DNA of 64,000 bases from a virus (IMGVR_UViG_3300037455_000245:1-64000), one strand, 5' to 3'; shown: positions 12,607-25,259, counted from the stretch's first letter. The notes: generated from the letters alone by a model not told the origin. Numbers and translations: made by a program.

Positions 12607-15600
12607 ATTGATGTTATTATTCTGTCAAATACTGCAAATGATTTATTATTTGGTATATTTATAAGATCTAGTGAATCAAGATTATTATAACTATCGACAC
12701 GCACTCCGCTAGGCTATAATACAGTAGGATTAATCAAATGTATTTCAGTAGGACTACCGACCTCATATTTTGTCAATTTAGCGTTTTGTGGTACAAGTAC
12801 ACTGGTATTAGTACCGCTGGTATCCACTTCTAAAATATCTGAACACATTGTAAGATCTATTGTCCCACTTAAACCTGTACATCCTTGAGCATAAAGCTTC
12901 TTCAACTTAGTCATATTAGAGAAGTTGAATTGATTCTTATCAGTACCAGCAATAGATTCTGCTGTATTTTGCAATGATGTACATCCGTCTAAGATAATAC
13001 CTTCGCAGTTAATAAGATACTTAAACAAATAATCATTATTGTATGTGACAAGGTTTGGTAGCTCTGCACCAGATACACTAAAATCTATCTCATGCGTCAA
13101 TACCATAAGATCTATCTTATACAAACTATTCTTACCAATTGCAGATCCAAATTGAGCAATCCAAGCATTGTTGATTGGATTATACATTGTAGTCTTAGCA
13201 GAAGATACTATAATATCGAAATCTTCTTGTATAACTATTGTATTAGTCACAGTAACTTGATTTCCAGATGTGAATGTTACCGTAGCTTGTAACGTGTACA
13301 ATTTCATAGTACTAGGCATAGCAGCGTCTGCTGTAATCTTTATACCATCTACTGAAGTACTTTTTGCAATACTGATATAAGGATCTGTAAAGTTTTCAAG
13401 AGCTGTTGTACTTCCTCCTGTAGTATAACTTACAGAAACATTATCCTATAGTCGAGTAAGTGTATATTGTACATTTCTAATTACAGCACTGTATTCCTAA
13501 TTAGAATCAACAAAGAAACTAGCAGAAGCTCCACTTTGAGGGAACTCAATGTACCCTGGAACAGTCTTGAGCTAAATATTACTTTCAACCCTATTATTGA
13601 TAAACAAATCGGATGGGTAAGAAGCTGCTATTACATGAATAGTTGTACTATAAGGAACTCCAGATACAGATGTAAATATCTTTGCATCATAATCATGTCC
13701 AACAGAAGATTGTACAGATGTTATATATGCTATACCATCAATACTATCTGAAGCTTGCAATATACTTAATCCATTATATCTACCAGTACCATCGTTACTA
13801 TTAACAGGACCAACAGACCATTGATAATCAGTAGCGTTATCTTCTGCAAGGGAGAATTGGGTAGCGTTAAGAGAAGCAGTATTTCCTTCAACAAGTGTTA
13901 CGTTACCAAATTCATCAACTGTTACATCACCACCAATATTAATCTAGACATAGTTACGTTTGTGGTCAACTACTAGACCGGAAGAATTCTTAGTAAACAC
14001 AGTATCGCCAAACCAACTCTTAATCATATTAAGTTGAGCAGCAGTAAGATCATCGCCGGTATTTTTAAGTACTAAATAACCTTTAAGACTAGTTTGATTA
14101 CCTAATTGAGCGATATAACTAAGTTCCTAATATGTGAGAAGATTATTGTCACCGACTGTAGTATCAGACCAGTTAATCTTATCCATTATTAAGTTATATT
14201 GACTAAGATCAACATTTGCTGTCACAAGAGCGTTCAACCAGTTCTTTACAAATAATATAGACGACAATGTTGAACCTGTAGTACCAAGCAACGACACATT
14301 ATGAACTGTAGTAGGAATGCCGACTACCTCCTTAATCAACGCTGTATTATTTAGCAATTCTGGTTCGTTTTGAGCAATTTCTGCAATAGCATCGTAGTAA
14401 GCATCTGTACCATATACATAACCGCGTTGTTCAAGTATATCTGCAATGTTGTTTGCACTGGCGGTGGTATGATAGAATTTCATATCTTGCCACGTAGAGT
14501 TGTTCATCCAAATAGTATATACTGTATCTGGTAATTCAATGTGTGTAAAATCATTACCTGATTGGGAACTATAGAAATCAATAAGACCAGATCCCATAGC
14601 GTATACTTCATGAAGTTCAGAAATGTCATTATTGTATACAAGACCGTTCAAACTTGTCTGATTAATTTGTCCTCTAATATTCAGAGTTTGTAAATTCTAG
14701 AATACTCTTGGCTATCCTTGAATTTGACAGCCGAGTGAAGCAAGTACAGCAGTATAATCGGCATCTACCTGTTGGTCATTGTTTTCAGTTATTTCTACAC
14801 CAACATTAAGTTTTTTGAGTGGTGATCCAAGAACTTCAGAATATACACCATCAAGTGTTACACCATCCAAACCATGAGCAATTTGACTAAGATCGATCTC
14901 TTCCATAAAGTTAGCTCCATAGAACAATATCGGGTTCTTTGTAGCAGATCCGATCGACATACTAAACTCAAACGGATGAGTCTTATCTACTCTTTCTGTA
15001 GCCTGTAAGATTCCGTCTTTTGTGACAGACATATAAGTACTCTTGTTAGGAGTAATTACAACATCTTGATCTGCCCCAGCAGACACGTTAGCACGAATGT
15101 AAATATAGTGATTCTTATAATCTCCACAGAACCATTTAGCATCATAGTAATCCATAGAGTTACTCAACCACCAGTGACGATGCGTCATACGAGAACCTTG
15201 TAACCAACTAAGCCATGTTGGATCACCTTGACCAGATTCAATATATTTGAAATAGCCACTCTGATTGTACATAAGTTCACACCACTTAGCTGCGTAATTA
15301 TCATCCATCATGGATGTAATATTGTCATATGTAAGACCAGCGTTAAATAATGCATCAGCAACTTCGGGAACAATTACATTCATCCATTCATCCCATGCCT
15401 CAAGAGCATCAAACAACCAGTTTGATGTAACAATAACACCGTTATTATCAGCATTACGTCCAGAAATAGCATAAGTACCTTGTGAACCAGGAAGCTTTGT
15501 ATTACGATCAATTGGAGGATCAAACGCAATACCACCGTCGTTCTTATTACCAAGAGCAATATCCATATCCCACGGTTCGTAGTGCCAATGTACTCCATCA

Positions 15601-18600
15601 TAGGTTTTTAATTGAGCATTACGTTCCAATGAGTCTACAAGACCAAAACGCATTACAAAGATGTAATAAGCAGCCATCTTATACAAATCAAGATGCTATG
15701 CAGCTTCTGCTTCAAACTTAGACTGGTTATGATATGTACTTACTACCCAAGCGTGAAAATCAACAAACGGTTGAATCTTGCGAACATATTTAGAATTAGG
15801 ATTGAATTTATCAATACCACTCTTTGCATCATCTTCCGCAATATCGTCTTCATCAGGATAAATCATTTCAAACACCTGTTCCCAGTTATACATCCTAGTC
15901 ACCTTATGTGTAGCTTGATCTTCAATTGACACAATGTCGGTAAAATTATCATGTGTCATATAGGATGTAAATGGAACATTAGATCCAACAACTTCAACGC
16001 GAAGTACATTTTTATTATCCCAAACAAGATTCGAACTTGTATCATCATCTTTATGGGTGTTTGTAAGACAGAACGGATCTGCTGGAACAGCGTAAATACT
16101 ACGTTCGCCAAAACAGAAGTCAGACTTCTTGTCGTCCATCCAAACATACTGTCCTAAGAACGTACGTGTTTGTGAACCTTGTTCATCATAGTAGAACACT
16201 GCACATGGGAATGAGTCTGGAGAGACACGAATGTCGTATGGGAACTATTGGTTTGTTACATCATTCCACAACATGCTTGTTTTCCCAGCAACATTACTAT
16301 AACCTTCTGTCCAACCATCTTCACCAATGTTTGAATTGTTATGATGCACTACCTGGCTAGTAGAGAATAATTGAGGTTCTGTCCTAAGCTTATATTCTCC
16401 ATTTATTCTGGCGTTAAACCATGTTTGTTGGATAAGTCTTTCAAATCCTCCATTATGTACACCAGAAGAGTCTGCATAATTTGCTTGCAATACAAATTTA
16501 TTAGCTGGTATAGAAGGCTTCCCACTATCTGTAACAGATTTCATCACATATCTGTTCTTATTAAGAAGCATATCCGCCTGCTACGTACTTTCATATACAG
16601 GAATTGTACCACTCTTGGATTTGTTAAGCCAGAACTTCATTGATGTGATAGGATAGTTCAAGGTTGATTGACCGTGCTTCCTAATCTATACATCATTAAT
16701 TTTAAAGTTCTTACTTGAATCAGAAGGACAGAAGCGTTCGATAGTCACATCGGTTGTAGAAGAATCTTTATCAGATTGACCACTAAGTATGTTAGAAAGA
16801 TCACCAGATATAAGAATAGTATCAATCTTATTCTTACAAAGATCAAAACTTATATTACCGCCGCTGTCAAGAATATTATTACGATCTGCTATCTAAGCTT
16901 TATTCTCACTATCATATAGATAGTTATTATATGCTTGAGTATATGTAATAGCGTAATTATATACACGAATATTGTACACTCGTACTCCAGAAGCAGAATT
17001 ACCTATTACTATAGATCCTTGAGTTAAAAACGATTTACCAGACGCCGATGCAGCTCTTTCAAGAATGCCGTTATTTACAATATATGCAAGACCTGATTCA
17101 ACCGTTCTAAGATTTGATTCTTCAGGTACAGCGTTTATTATGAACGCAAGTTTAATCCTTTCATTAGACTTATAGTTAGTATGGACTACTTCATTATTAC
17201 TATTATCATACAGAGTAGCTTTATCCGGTGTAATTTCTACACGGGCCCCATATTGGTTACCTATAGTAATAATTTTATCAGTTGTTTCAGATACCTTTTC
17301 TGATTCAAATTCAATTTCAATAGTCTTACCTGTAGCAAAATCAAAGTTCTAGAATGGATGAGCATTTATTGTTGCACTAGACCCAACTCCAACTGTTCTA
17401 AAACTGTTATTATACCAACCGGAATTTGAGTTCCATTGGATGTTTGTAAATGTAGTAGTTACGTTACCAGATTCATCTACCCACTGATCTTTAGTAGCAC
17501 TATCATTGGTTTTACCATAAGCGGTCATTTTAGTTTCATAGAAACCAGTTTCGTTTACGGTAACTTTAGTATTACGTATTATATATATTGGAAACGAATC
17601 GATTAGAGTATTACCAAAATATGCTCCAATAAATGTTTCGTGGCCTTCTTCTGTATATATAGTAGGTATAAAAGATAACGTAGTTGCCTTTTCCTGACTA
17701 TTAGCTGTAATATTAGCCAGTGTTATTGGATTGTTATCATCCAGTCCGTCTAGCAGTTTCCATGTTACAGGAATAGATGTGTTAGTCTATAAGCTGTCAG
17801 TATAATAGCCCCACTGCAATGCCTACGCTTCGTATTGAGTAGCACCGAGCATAATATTGCTTAGTGGGAAATCACCACTGTCGAAAGAAGTTGCAATATT
17901 TATAAATTTGTTTGTACTACCAACTACACTTGAAGCAATTGTAAATGTATAATACAACAAGTTACTATTAACTGTTGTATTACCATCATTATATTTAGCT
18001 TCAGCCCAAATCTACAAGGTATGTGTACCTTCAGACAACTGAGCTTGAGCCATTTGTATTTCGTTTATTCTAGTAGGACCATCTTGAACTACATCTCTGG
18101 TATATTCTTTACCAGTACCACCGTTATCTATTCTGAAGTGAATCTTAGCTGTTCCTGATGTATTGTTACGTTCGAATATGTATGGTATTTGAATAGGTGT
18201 AGATGAGAATTGCTTCTCATAAAATTTGAATGTACTGGTAAGATTAATCTAAAGTAATACGATAGTAAACGTTTTAGTGTTACGAGCACCGGTTGTAATA
18301 CCTTTACATTCAATAGTTACAACGTTTTCTCCAGGTTTTAAGTAATCGTATATACTAAAATCGGGGTTAGCGTCAGATTTATTATACCATCTTGTAAATG
18401 TAGTAGATGAACCGGTGGATGTATTAGATATAGTATATGTAGCAGATAAGCTATCCGAAGAATCTCCTTCGTCATTATATATATTCCAAGAGAACGCAAT
18501 TCTGCTCCCAGTACTAGTCGAATCTCCGTATCTAATAAATTTATTATTAAAGCCATCGCTATTGATAGCCGTTAATTCTAATTTATAGTCGCTGGGACGT

Positions 18601-18863
18601 ACAAAATTAAACAACTCAAGATCTTGATTATCTGAAGGATTCTCTTTCCATATAGCATACGCATCTTCACTAGAGAACATCCTATATCTATTGTTCGCCG
18701 TATCTTCGAACATATAAAATGGATCTTTTAGTTTACGTTGTAAAAGATCCCTAATGGACCCTCCAGATACCTAAAGACCACCAGTTACTGCAGCACCAGT
18801 TAATGTATTTTTTCCTGATACCCAGTCTACAAATTCGTTAATTTTACCATTATATAAATCCAT
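12603..18863 (-). CDS. giant virion/tail protein, 2086 aa, CotH-kinase-like domain and C-terminal LRRs (TAG=Gln)
   Basis: Seven listed fragments share one frame; LVDSLERN...WDMDIALG; LRRs (FSNMTKLKKLYAQGCTGL). Confidence 0.85.
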
Positions 18864-18874
18864 ATGTTATCTGT

Positions 18875-19054
18875 TTAATCGGTCCAACATTGTTCGTCCA
18901 CCCAAGGATATTCATCTATCCAATATCCGTTAGAATAGCAAGAAATTATCTATCTTATCTTAGTCCAAACTAATCTATGTCCATTATATATTGCAGCAAT
19001 TGCTCTTGATCCTCTATAAACATCCGATATACTCCTATTGTTTATATATATCAT
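18875..19054 (-). CDS. small tail-associated protein, 59 aa (1 TAG)
   Basis: MIYINNRSISDVYRGSRAIAAIYNGHRLVW...WIDEYPW. Confidence 0.7.
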
Positions 19055-19074
19055 AAGTTATTGCGTTTATAATT

Positions 19075-20472
19075 TTAAGAATTAGAACTATAAGTTATAC
19101 TAGTTATATATTCAGTAGCATCACTTAAATTATTACTAGGAAGACCGTCAACTATTCCGCGTGTAATCATTCTATCCATCCAAATTGCTCCGTCTGGTCT
19201 AAACTATACGGCAATAGCCTTTTGAACACCGTGATCGTTATCTTGTAAATTACTATTACTTTGGAAATGGAGGTTATAATAATAAATACCGTTATCTTGT
19301 CCAGAAGCTCCTGCGCCAACTAATGTATTTGGATATAGTGTAATTTCAGTAGGATCTATGGTTGGGTCTTCTGATACATACATTATTTTTATACTAGTGA
19401 TACTTTCTAATAAACCCTATGGGTCATTAGGAGCATATGAAGAATCAAATACAATATATCTACGCTTATCGTCAATTTGATCATTTAATAAGTAACTAAT
19501 ATCAAACGGTCCTTCGTGATTAGTTTTAGCCCATGCTACATATGAAATGATATCTTTCCATGTGCATGTGGGATCATTAGAATCTATAAAATCATAAAAG
19601 TCATCACTTTGATTCTTCTCGTATTTGTAACGGGTAGTTGAATCTGACCCATCATATTTATCAGATGCTATCTTATTACGAGTAGAAAGCTTTATTGACC
19701 CCATCTTTTTAAACCTGTATTCTCCAGTGTAAAGGGATGTTTTTTCTGAATTAAACGTGCCAAATTCAAGACCGTCTCCGCCACCATGTTCAAACTTGAT
19801 TTTGTTTTCATGGTTATCAGAATCTTTACCTTTTGGTTGAAGAGCTATGCCGCCATGATCCTCACAACGAAGATCGATTGCCTGTGCACGAACTTTAAGA
19901 TAACCTCTTGTATTTGCAGCCTTGTTTACTGTAATGTTCATTACATCAGAGTCTTCTTGCTTATCTTTTGATGTAAGAACAATATCTCCAGCATTCAATT
20001 GAAGTTTTGCAGCGACCTCGTCTGTCTTTGTAGGATCAGAAGCCTTTGGAACTTCTGTCATAATTTTTACAGATACTTCATCGTTCTTGCTGGTTCCACG
20101 TTTATGCCCCCAGAATTCAATATCGTCTCCTGGTTTAAGTGCTATATTACCACCTTTTCTATTTGCAAGCCCTGGTGTATTTTTACCTTCTCCAGTACCT
20201 GCAGCAGGACGCGGTTCAATGTTGATATTATTATCTCCAGAAATACCTACATTCGTTCCTTTATCACCCTTAGACGTGAGTTCGCCGACCAATACATTTC
20301 CAACTTTAACAAAAGTCTTATTTGAATCTAACTGGTCTACTTCTGTAGAGACAACGCCTCCGCTTCCAGCACCACCAGAACCGAGCTCGTTTACATCAGC
20401 GGCGAGGGAGTTCCATTCTTCTGCGCTAAGTGCGCTACCTGTTTGTTTATTTGTTGCGTGATTTAAATTCAT
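19075..20472 (-). CDS. putative tail/spike protein, 465 aa (TAG=Gln)
   Basis: 351-aa ORF extends through TAG 19417 to TAA 19075. Confidence 0.75.
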
Positions 20473-20474
20473 AA

Positions 20475-22403
20475 TTATGATAATATTACAGGGAATTCAT
20501 CTCCGAATGCCCAAGTTTCACTTTGTTCTGATTCTTCATATATAAAATAAATAGTATTGGCGCTGTACGACGACAAGTTGTCATACTATTCTTGTTCTAA
20601 GAATAGGTGTATATAACCACCATTTCCGCTATTATTTCCGCTTCCGCCACCGTTTCCACCGGATGGTTGTGTATCATCTGGTATATCTATTGGAGGCAGT
20701 TCTGCAGATTCCCAATCAGCTTCATTTGTAGGTTCGTATACGTCTGTTTTTAGTACACATTTATTTTTTATAAGTTTTTTAAGATTACTTACTGTTGTTT
20801 GCAATTGTGTATATGTAACAAACGTATCGTCAGTAGGTAACATTTGATAAGTTTGTTCTACAATCTGTTTATATAAATCAAACTCATCTGATGTTACATA
20901 CGATCCCTTCGGTTGATATGTTTTTGCAGCAGTTGTCTTTTTTAAATACGGCTACAAATTTACTTCCGGAGCTGTATCTCCTATTAATATCCATTCAGAG
21001 CCGTTCCAACGATGCTGTGTATAAGTATAACTATTGTCCTGATTTTGTGTTTGCAGAATGTATAATTTATTCTAACTAGGATTGACAGGAAGTTGGTCTA
21101 CTATTACAAAGACGTTTGTATCTATTGTAGAAGATATAACATTATCAGTTATAGATATTCCATCACCGGCAGTAAGTACATCTTGCTTTAATGACAATGC
21201 TGCATCAAATGTATCGTTTACCACATACGATTCCAAATGCAAGTTATTTACCTTACTTGTTACATATGTTTTAGTTGCATATGAACTCAAAGTTGTATTG
21301 TCTACTTTATCATTTAAAGCTGATGTTATTACTTTATTCTATACAGGATTCTCTGATGCTGTACTTAGCACACGGTCCACTATAATATTTGTATAGCCTG
21401 TACCAGAATCTATCGGAGTCGTTTCACCTTCTACGTCGGATTCAACGTTTCCATTCTTTGGTGTATATACAGATGTTTTCTTTACATATCTACTATCACA
21501 CCAACTCTTTGTAACAAATTCGTCATTTTCAGGTTTTAGTTGTAGATATTCATCTATCCACTATTTCGTATAATAGTTGTTGAACGTTGGTACAATATAT
21601 GTATCGCAATAGTCCTTAACGTCTCCTATTTTTATATAAGAACCCTTTGGTTGGTAATAATCATCGGCATCATCCTTTGTAAGATAACCGGTTATCGTTA
21701 CTTCTGGTATAATCTAATCTGTAGAATTCCACTGTCCGTTCTTATATACGTATTGTATATATCTGTATGTACCATCACCATTACTTACCTATACAAGATA
21801 TATTTTGTTTTCGCTAGGATTTTCTGGAGGAAATTCGTCTTGTGTTAATATAACATATACTTCGGTATCCAAAGTAGAACTGATAGTATTGTTCCTTATT
21901 TCAATACCTCTTCCAGCTTTTAATTTATCCTGTTTACCTACTATATCCTCAGGACGCAATACTTCATTTTTATCAGCCTTATATCCAAGAGCAGTATATA
22001 TAGCTTTATTCTCAACTGGATTTGTAGACGTAGAATCCAGTTGATCATCCATGTCTAAAGTCCAGTTGATAGTATTGTTGTTAATAGAAATATATTTACC
22101 TCGTTTTACAGGAGGTTGTATATTTACAGAGTAACTATTACCATCAGAATCGGTAAGTGTTATAGAATTATTACTAAGTTCGATAGTAAATACATTGGAT
22201 CCATATCCATCCCCAAACACCAGCGTGCCTTCTTCCAGATTAGACTTGCTTACATTGCATAAGTACTCTTTATCGTGAGTCCATATGCAGGTATGTGATT
22301 CATCTTGAATAAATACAATTGCGTCTTTTGAAATCTAATTATCGTTCAAATCTCTAATGAACGAGTTGTAGTGTTTGTAATTTAAAAATCTACTGTTAAT
22401 CAT
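20475..22403 (-). CDS. tail fibre-like protein with repeated KQDxLxAGxGI units, 642 aa (TAG=Gln)
   Basis: Fragments share one frame; repeats LDSTSTNPVENK / VLSTASENPV*NK and KQDKLKAGRGI / KQDVLTAGDGI. Confidence 0.8.
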
Positions 22404-22440
22404 TTAGAGCACAATTTTTGATGTTTATATAATACGGCTT

Positions 22441-22464
22441 AAGGGGATCCTTTTGGACCCCCTT
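22441..22464. terminator. GC-rich hairpin (terminator or processing site)
   Basis: AAGGGGATCC-TTTT-GGACCCCCTT between dUTPase-like gene and recoded block. Confidence 0.45.
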
Positions 22465-22525
22465 CCCGTTTGTAACCATTGCCATCTCATGCACGCCGGC
22501 TACTCAGGCTTTTTAAAGCTTATTA

Positions 22526-23035
22526 TTATGCCTGCTCAGGGATGTTTTCTTCCCCGCCGCTAGCCTCATTGACGTCCTCAGGGTTTGTAGGCTCGCCTTC
22601 TGTTTCCGGAAGACCCTGTTCGTCTGTAGCCGCGCTCTCTGTCGTTGTATCAATAAACTCTACAAACTCTACGTCTTCGATCTTATTGATAACAAGCTGT
22701 GCAATCTGTTCGCCTTCTTTATATACAGCAGGAACTACGTCAGTAGTAACAACGAAGCGAACAACAATCTCGTCTTCGATACTTCCGCTAATGACGCAGG
22801 GGGCATCGCACATGCGCATAGTCTTTGCACTTAAACCATTTGCAGGACGAATAACTCCCTCATAACCCTCCGGCATCTCTACAGCCAGACCCGTATGATA
22901 GACAATTATGATCTGCCCACGCTCGTTCACTTCTGTCTGTATTGAGGCAGCAGTGAGATTGTATCCTGCACCACTGTTTGTGGCACGTACAGGCTGAATA
23001 GCCTTATCTGAAAGTTTCTTAAATTTAATAGTCAT
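22526..23035 (-). CDS. dut: dUTPase-like protein with degenerate catalytic motifs
   Basis: AGYNL, HTGLAVEMPEGYEGVIRP, GEQIAQLVI; lacks RSG, IDxDY and C-terminal GFGSTG. Confidence 0.8.
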   Translation of the reverse strand: MTIKFKKLSDKAIQPVRATNSGAGYNLTAASIQTEVNERGQIIIVYHTGLAVEMPEGYEGVIRPANGLSAKTMRMCDAPCVISGSIEDEIVVRFVVTTDVVPAVYKEGEQIAQLVINKIEDVEFVEFIDTTTESAATDEQGLPETEGEPTNPEDVNEASGGEENIPEQA

Positions 23036-23059
23036 CTGCTTATATATTTATAATAGTAT

Positions 23060-23134
23060 TGGTGGCCCCAGCCGGTTCACTCCAGCTTCTCGAGGGTTAG
23101 AGCCTCGTGTGTTAGCGTCATACACTATGGAGCA
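23060..23134 (-). tRNA. amber suppressor tRNA, anticodon CTA (probably Gln)
   Basis: TGCTCCA...CGAGG-CTCTAAC-CCTCG...GCTGG-AGTGAA-CCGGC-TGGGGCC-ACCA; encoded CCA; unpaired 1:72. Confidence 0.9.
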
Positions 23135-23135
23135 G

Positions 23136-23213
23136 TGGTTGGCAGGGGAATCGAACCCCTCAGCATCGGGCAAAACCGTGGCGCACTGCGCGCTTCAGCT
23201 GTTCCAAAACCAC
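23136..23213 (-). tRNA. pseudo-tRNA / tRNA-like element
   Basis: Perfect T arm AGGGG-TTCGATT-CCCCT and 3' ACCA; poor acceptor, D and anticodon arms. Confidence 0.4.
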
Positions 23214-23258
23214 CAAGATCAATTTACACTGTCTTAAACTATTCGAAATTATGAAGAG

Positions 23259-23308
23259 CTCTCTACCTCGGGAACGATCCGAGCGTTTGATGGTGCCAAC
23301 AGTAGAGA
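23259..23308 (-). ncRNA. tRNA minihelix (acceptor stem plus T arm only)
   Basis: TCTCTAC-18 nt-CTCGG-ATCGTTC-CCGAG-GTAGAGA. Confidence 0.5.
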
Positions 23309-23394
23309 TCCAATTAACATTTTAACTTTTATTATATGGAACACGTGGGTTCAGGTGGCCACCTGAATCTCAGCCTCCCACGTATAGGCTGTTA

Positions 23395-23736
23395 TCACTT
23401 ATTCTTGCGGAAAGTAATCCAACGCCAGAAGCGCTTGTACCAAGGCAACTTCTTGTTCTGGTGCTTCTTGATCAGCTTGATCATGTCCTCTGCAAGCTTG
23501 TCATCCTCGATGAATGTAGTATGCTTCTCAGCATCTGCAATACATGCGTCAACAACATTGGCAGCAGTCATAAAGCCAGTCTTCTCAATAGTGTCAGCCT
23601 CATTTTGTGTAATAGGCTTACCAGCACGAACTTTAGCCTCAGCAAACTCATATGCTACATCCAGAGGAGTCTCTGCAGTAGTCATATCTACAATGAACTC
23701 GGGCTTAGTCACTTTCTTATTCTTATTTGTCTTCAT
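23395..23736 (-). CDS. hypothetical protein
   Basis: 113 aa, basic amphipathic C-terminus. Confidence 0.75.
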   Translation of the reverse strand: MKTNKNKKVTKPEFIVDMTTAETPLDVAYEFAEAKVRAGKPITQNEADTIEKTGFMTAANVVDACIADAEKHTTFIEDDKLAEDMIKLIKKHQNKKLPWYKRFWRWITFRKNK

Positions 23737-23738
23737 GA

Positions 23739-24224
23739 TTATCCTTTCTTTGTTACCTTCTTCAACACTTTCTTAATCTTCTTAGCGACGCTCTCCTTCT
23801 TAGGAGCCTCAGCTATAGGAGCTTCATTTGCAGGCCTAAGATCTGCACATCCACAATCACCACAATCACACTGCTTGCAACACTTCTCACAATCGCATTC
23901 AGCTTTCTTTGCTGCCCACTCTTCCTTCTCCTTCTGACGCATAGCATGCTCGTTCTTAATATTAGCTGCCCACTGCTTAGTACGGATAGTATCGATAGTA
24001 TACTTGTTATACGCGTTACTATAGAATACCAAAACGATGTCGCCCTTGCGAGCATCTAGCTCTTCTCTCACCTCTCCGCAATTGTATACGATATGCATGG
24101 GCTCTTCCATGTAGTATACCGAACGGATAGAATATCGATCCTCGCCTTCGAGCTTACCAACAAAGTCGTTTTCAGGATCAACAACAATGTTCTCAGAACT
24201 TTGTGTTAAATATAAAGTCTTCAT
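23739..24224 (-). CDS. hypothetical protein with Cys cluster
   Basis: 161 aa, CDCEKCCKQCDCGDCGC. Confidence 0.75.
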   Translation of the reverse strand: MKTLYLTQSSENIVVDPENDFVGKLEGEDRYSIRSVYYMEEPMHIVYNCGEVREELDARKGDIVLVFYSNAYNKYTIDTIRTKQWAANIKNEHAMRQKEKEEWAAKKAECDCEKCCKQCDCGDCGCADLRPANEAPIAEAPKKESVAKKIKKVLKKVTKKG

Positions 24225-24436
24225 TTAGAACTGTATTTATATGTTTTATTTTCTTTGTATCTGCGCTTTAACTTAAACTTGAACAACTGATTAAATAATA
24301 TATCTCTATAATCATCGTCAGACTTCATAACTTCTACAGTTTGTTGAAATACATGTTTGCATACAACACTGGCGAGCTCTCTGTCTATGTTTAAGTTCTT
24401 AGCTACTTGTTTAATTACTTGGTCTAGGTCTATCAT
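24221..24436 (-). CDS. HU/IHF-like DNA-binding protein
   Basis: VIKQVAKNLNI...ILFNQLFKFKLKRR resembles HU fold. Confidence 0.6.
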   Translation of the reverse strand: MIDLDQVIKQVAKNLNIDRELASVVCKHVFQQTVEVMKSDDDYRDILFNQLFKFKLKRRYKENKTYKYSSK

Positions 24437-24849
24437 CGCTCGACGCCGAGTATATCGAACATACGGAGCAATCGACTATCCTTGAGTAAATCAAAGCGGA
24501 GGCCTGCTGTTTCTCTAAAGATAACAACATTTCCAACGTTGATTTCTGACGGTGTACCAAGCATCTTATTATCTTCAGCAAGATAGTACAAAGGACGCTT
24601 CAATACAATTCCTCTACGATAATCAGAATCCACTTCTCTAACCTCGGTCATAACTTCCTTAAAGTCTTGTGCCTCAATTCCGTTCTCATCCTTTCGGATT
24701 GTTGTATCGACCGGTGTACTAAATTCTTTCTTTACCTTGACCGGATCCAGCGGCTTTACCAGGAAGAAGTCTAAGAACTCATATTTGATGTTCTCAGCTA
24801 CACTCTCAGCAAGCGGCGACTGGTCAATAATTTCTTCTTTTTCTCCCAT
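24433..24849 (-). CDS. GroES-like protein
   Basis: FLVKPL...RGIVL...INVGNVVIF...FDILGV pattern. Confidence 0.5.
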   Translation of the reverse strand: MGEKEEIIDQSPLAESVAENIKYEFLDFFLVKPLDPVKVKKEFSTPVDTTIRKDENGIEAQDFKEVMTEVREVDSDYRRGIVLKRPLYYLAEDNKMLGTPSEINVGNVVIFRETAGLRFDLLKDSRLLRMFDILGVER

Positions 24850-25259
24850 TATTTTCTAAGAGTTTTAAGATGATTCAAAACAGCAACGATGTTCGTAAGA
24901 ACTGTGGTCTTCTCTACCTTCACACATTGCGGCTCGCCTGCCATATTAGCATCAATGTTATCAAGATCTTTCTGATATCTGTTTATAAGATTATCGATCT
25001 CATCAAACACATTAACGAAACCAGCTTTTGTAGTGGGCTCAACTTCCTCAAGATATCCCTCTTCGATCAGATCTTTTGCATAATCTACAGAGATATTGAA
25101 GGTTGAACTAAACGTAGAGTTAAGCTCATTCTTTTCGCCAGCCTTATGGAACTCTTCATTGCGTTCTGCAACATAAAATTTACCATCTTCGGAGAGGGTG
25201 AACGTATCGCCAACCTCCATCACAAAGAATGAATTGATTACTCGTAACGTTTTACTCAT
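24849..25259 (-). CDS. hypothetical protein
   Basis: 136 aa, first gene of the leftward late operon. Confidence 0.8.
   Translation of the reverse strand: MSKTLRVINSFFVMEVGDTFTLSEDGKFYVAERNEEFHKAGEKNELNSTFSSTFNISVDYAKDLIEEGYLEEVEPTTKAGFVNVFDEIDNLINRYQKDLDNIDANMAGEPQCVKVEKTTVLTNIVAVLNHLKTLRK

Noticed and set aside
936-22403. Structural genes as pseudogenes or frameshifted
   Set aside because: All breaks checked are in-frame TAG only, and a CTA tRNA is present
23040-23060. HDV-like theta ribozyme after the suppressor tRNA
   Set aside because: Trailer is plain AT-rich sequence and CCA is encoded; no such fold seen
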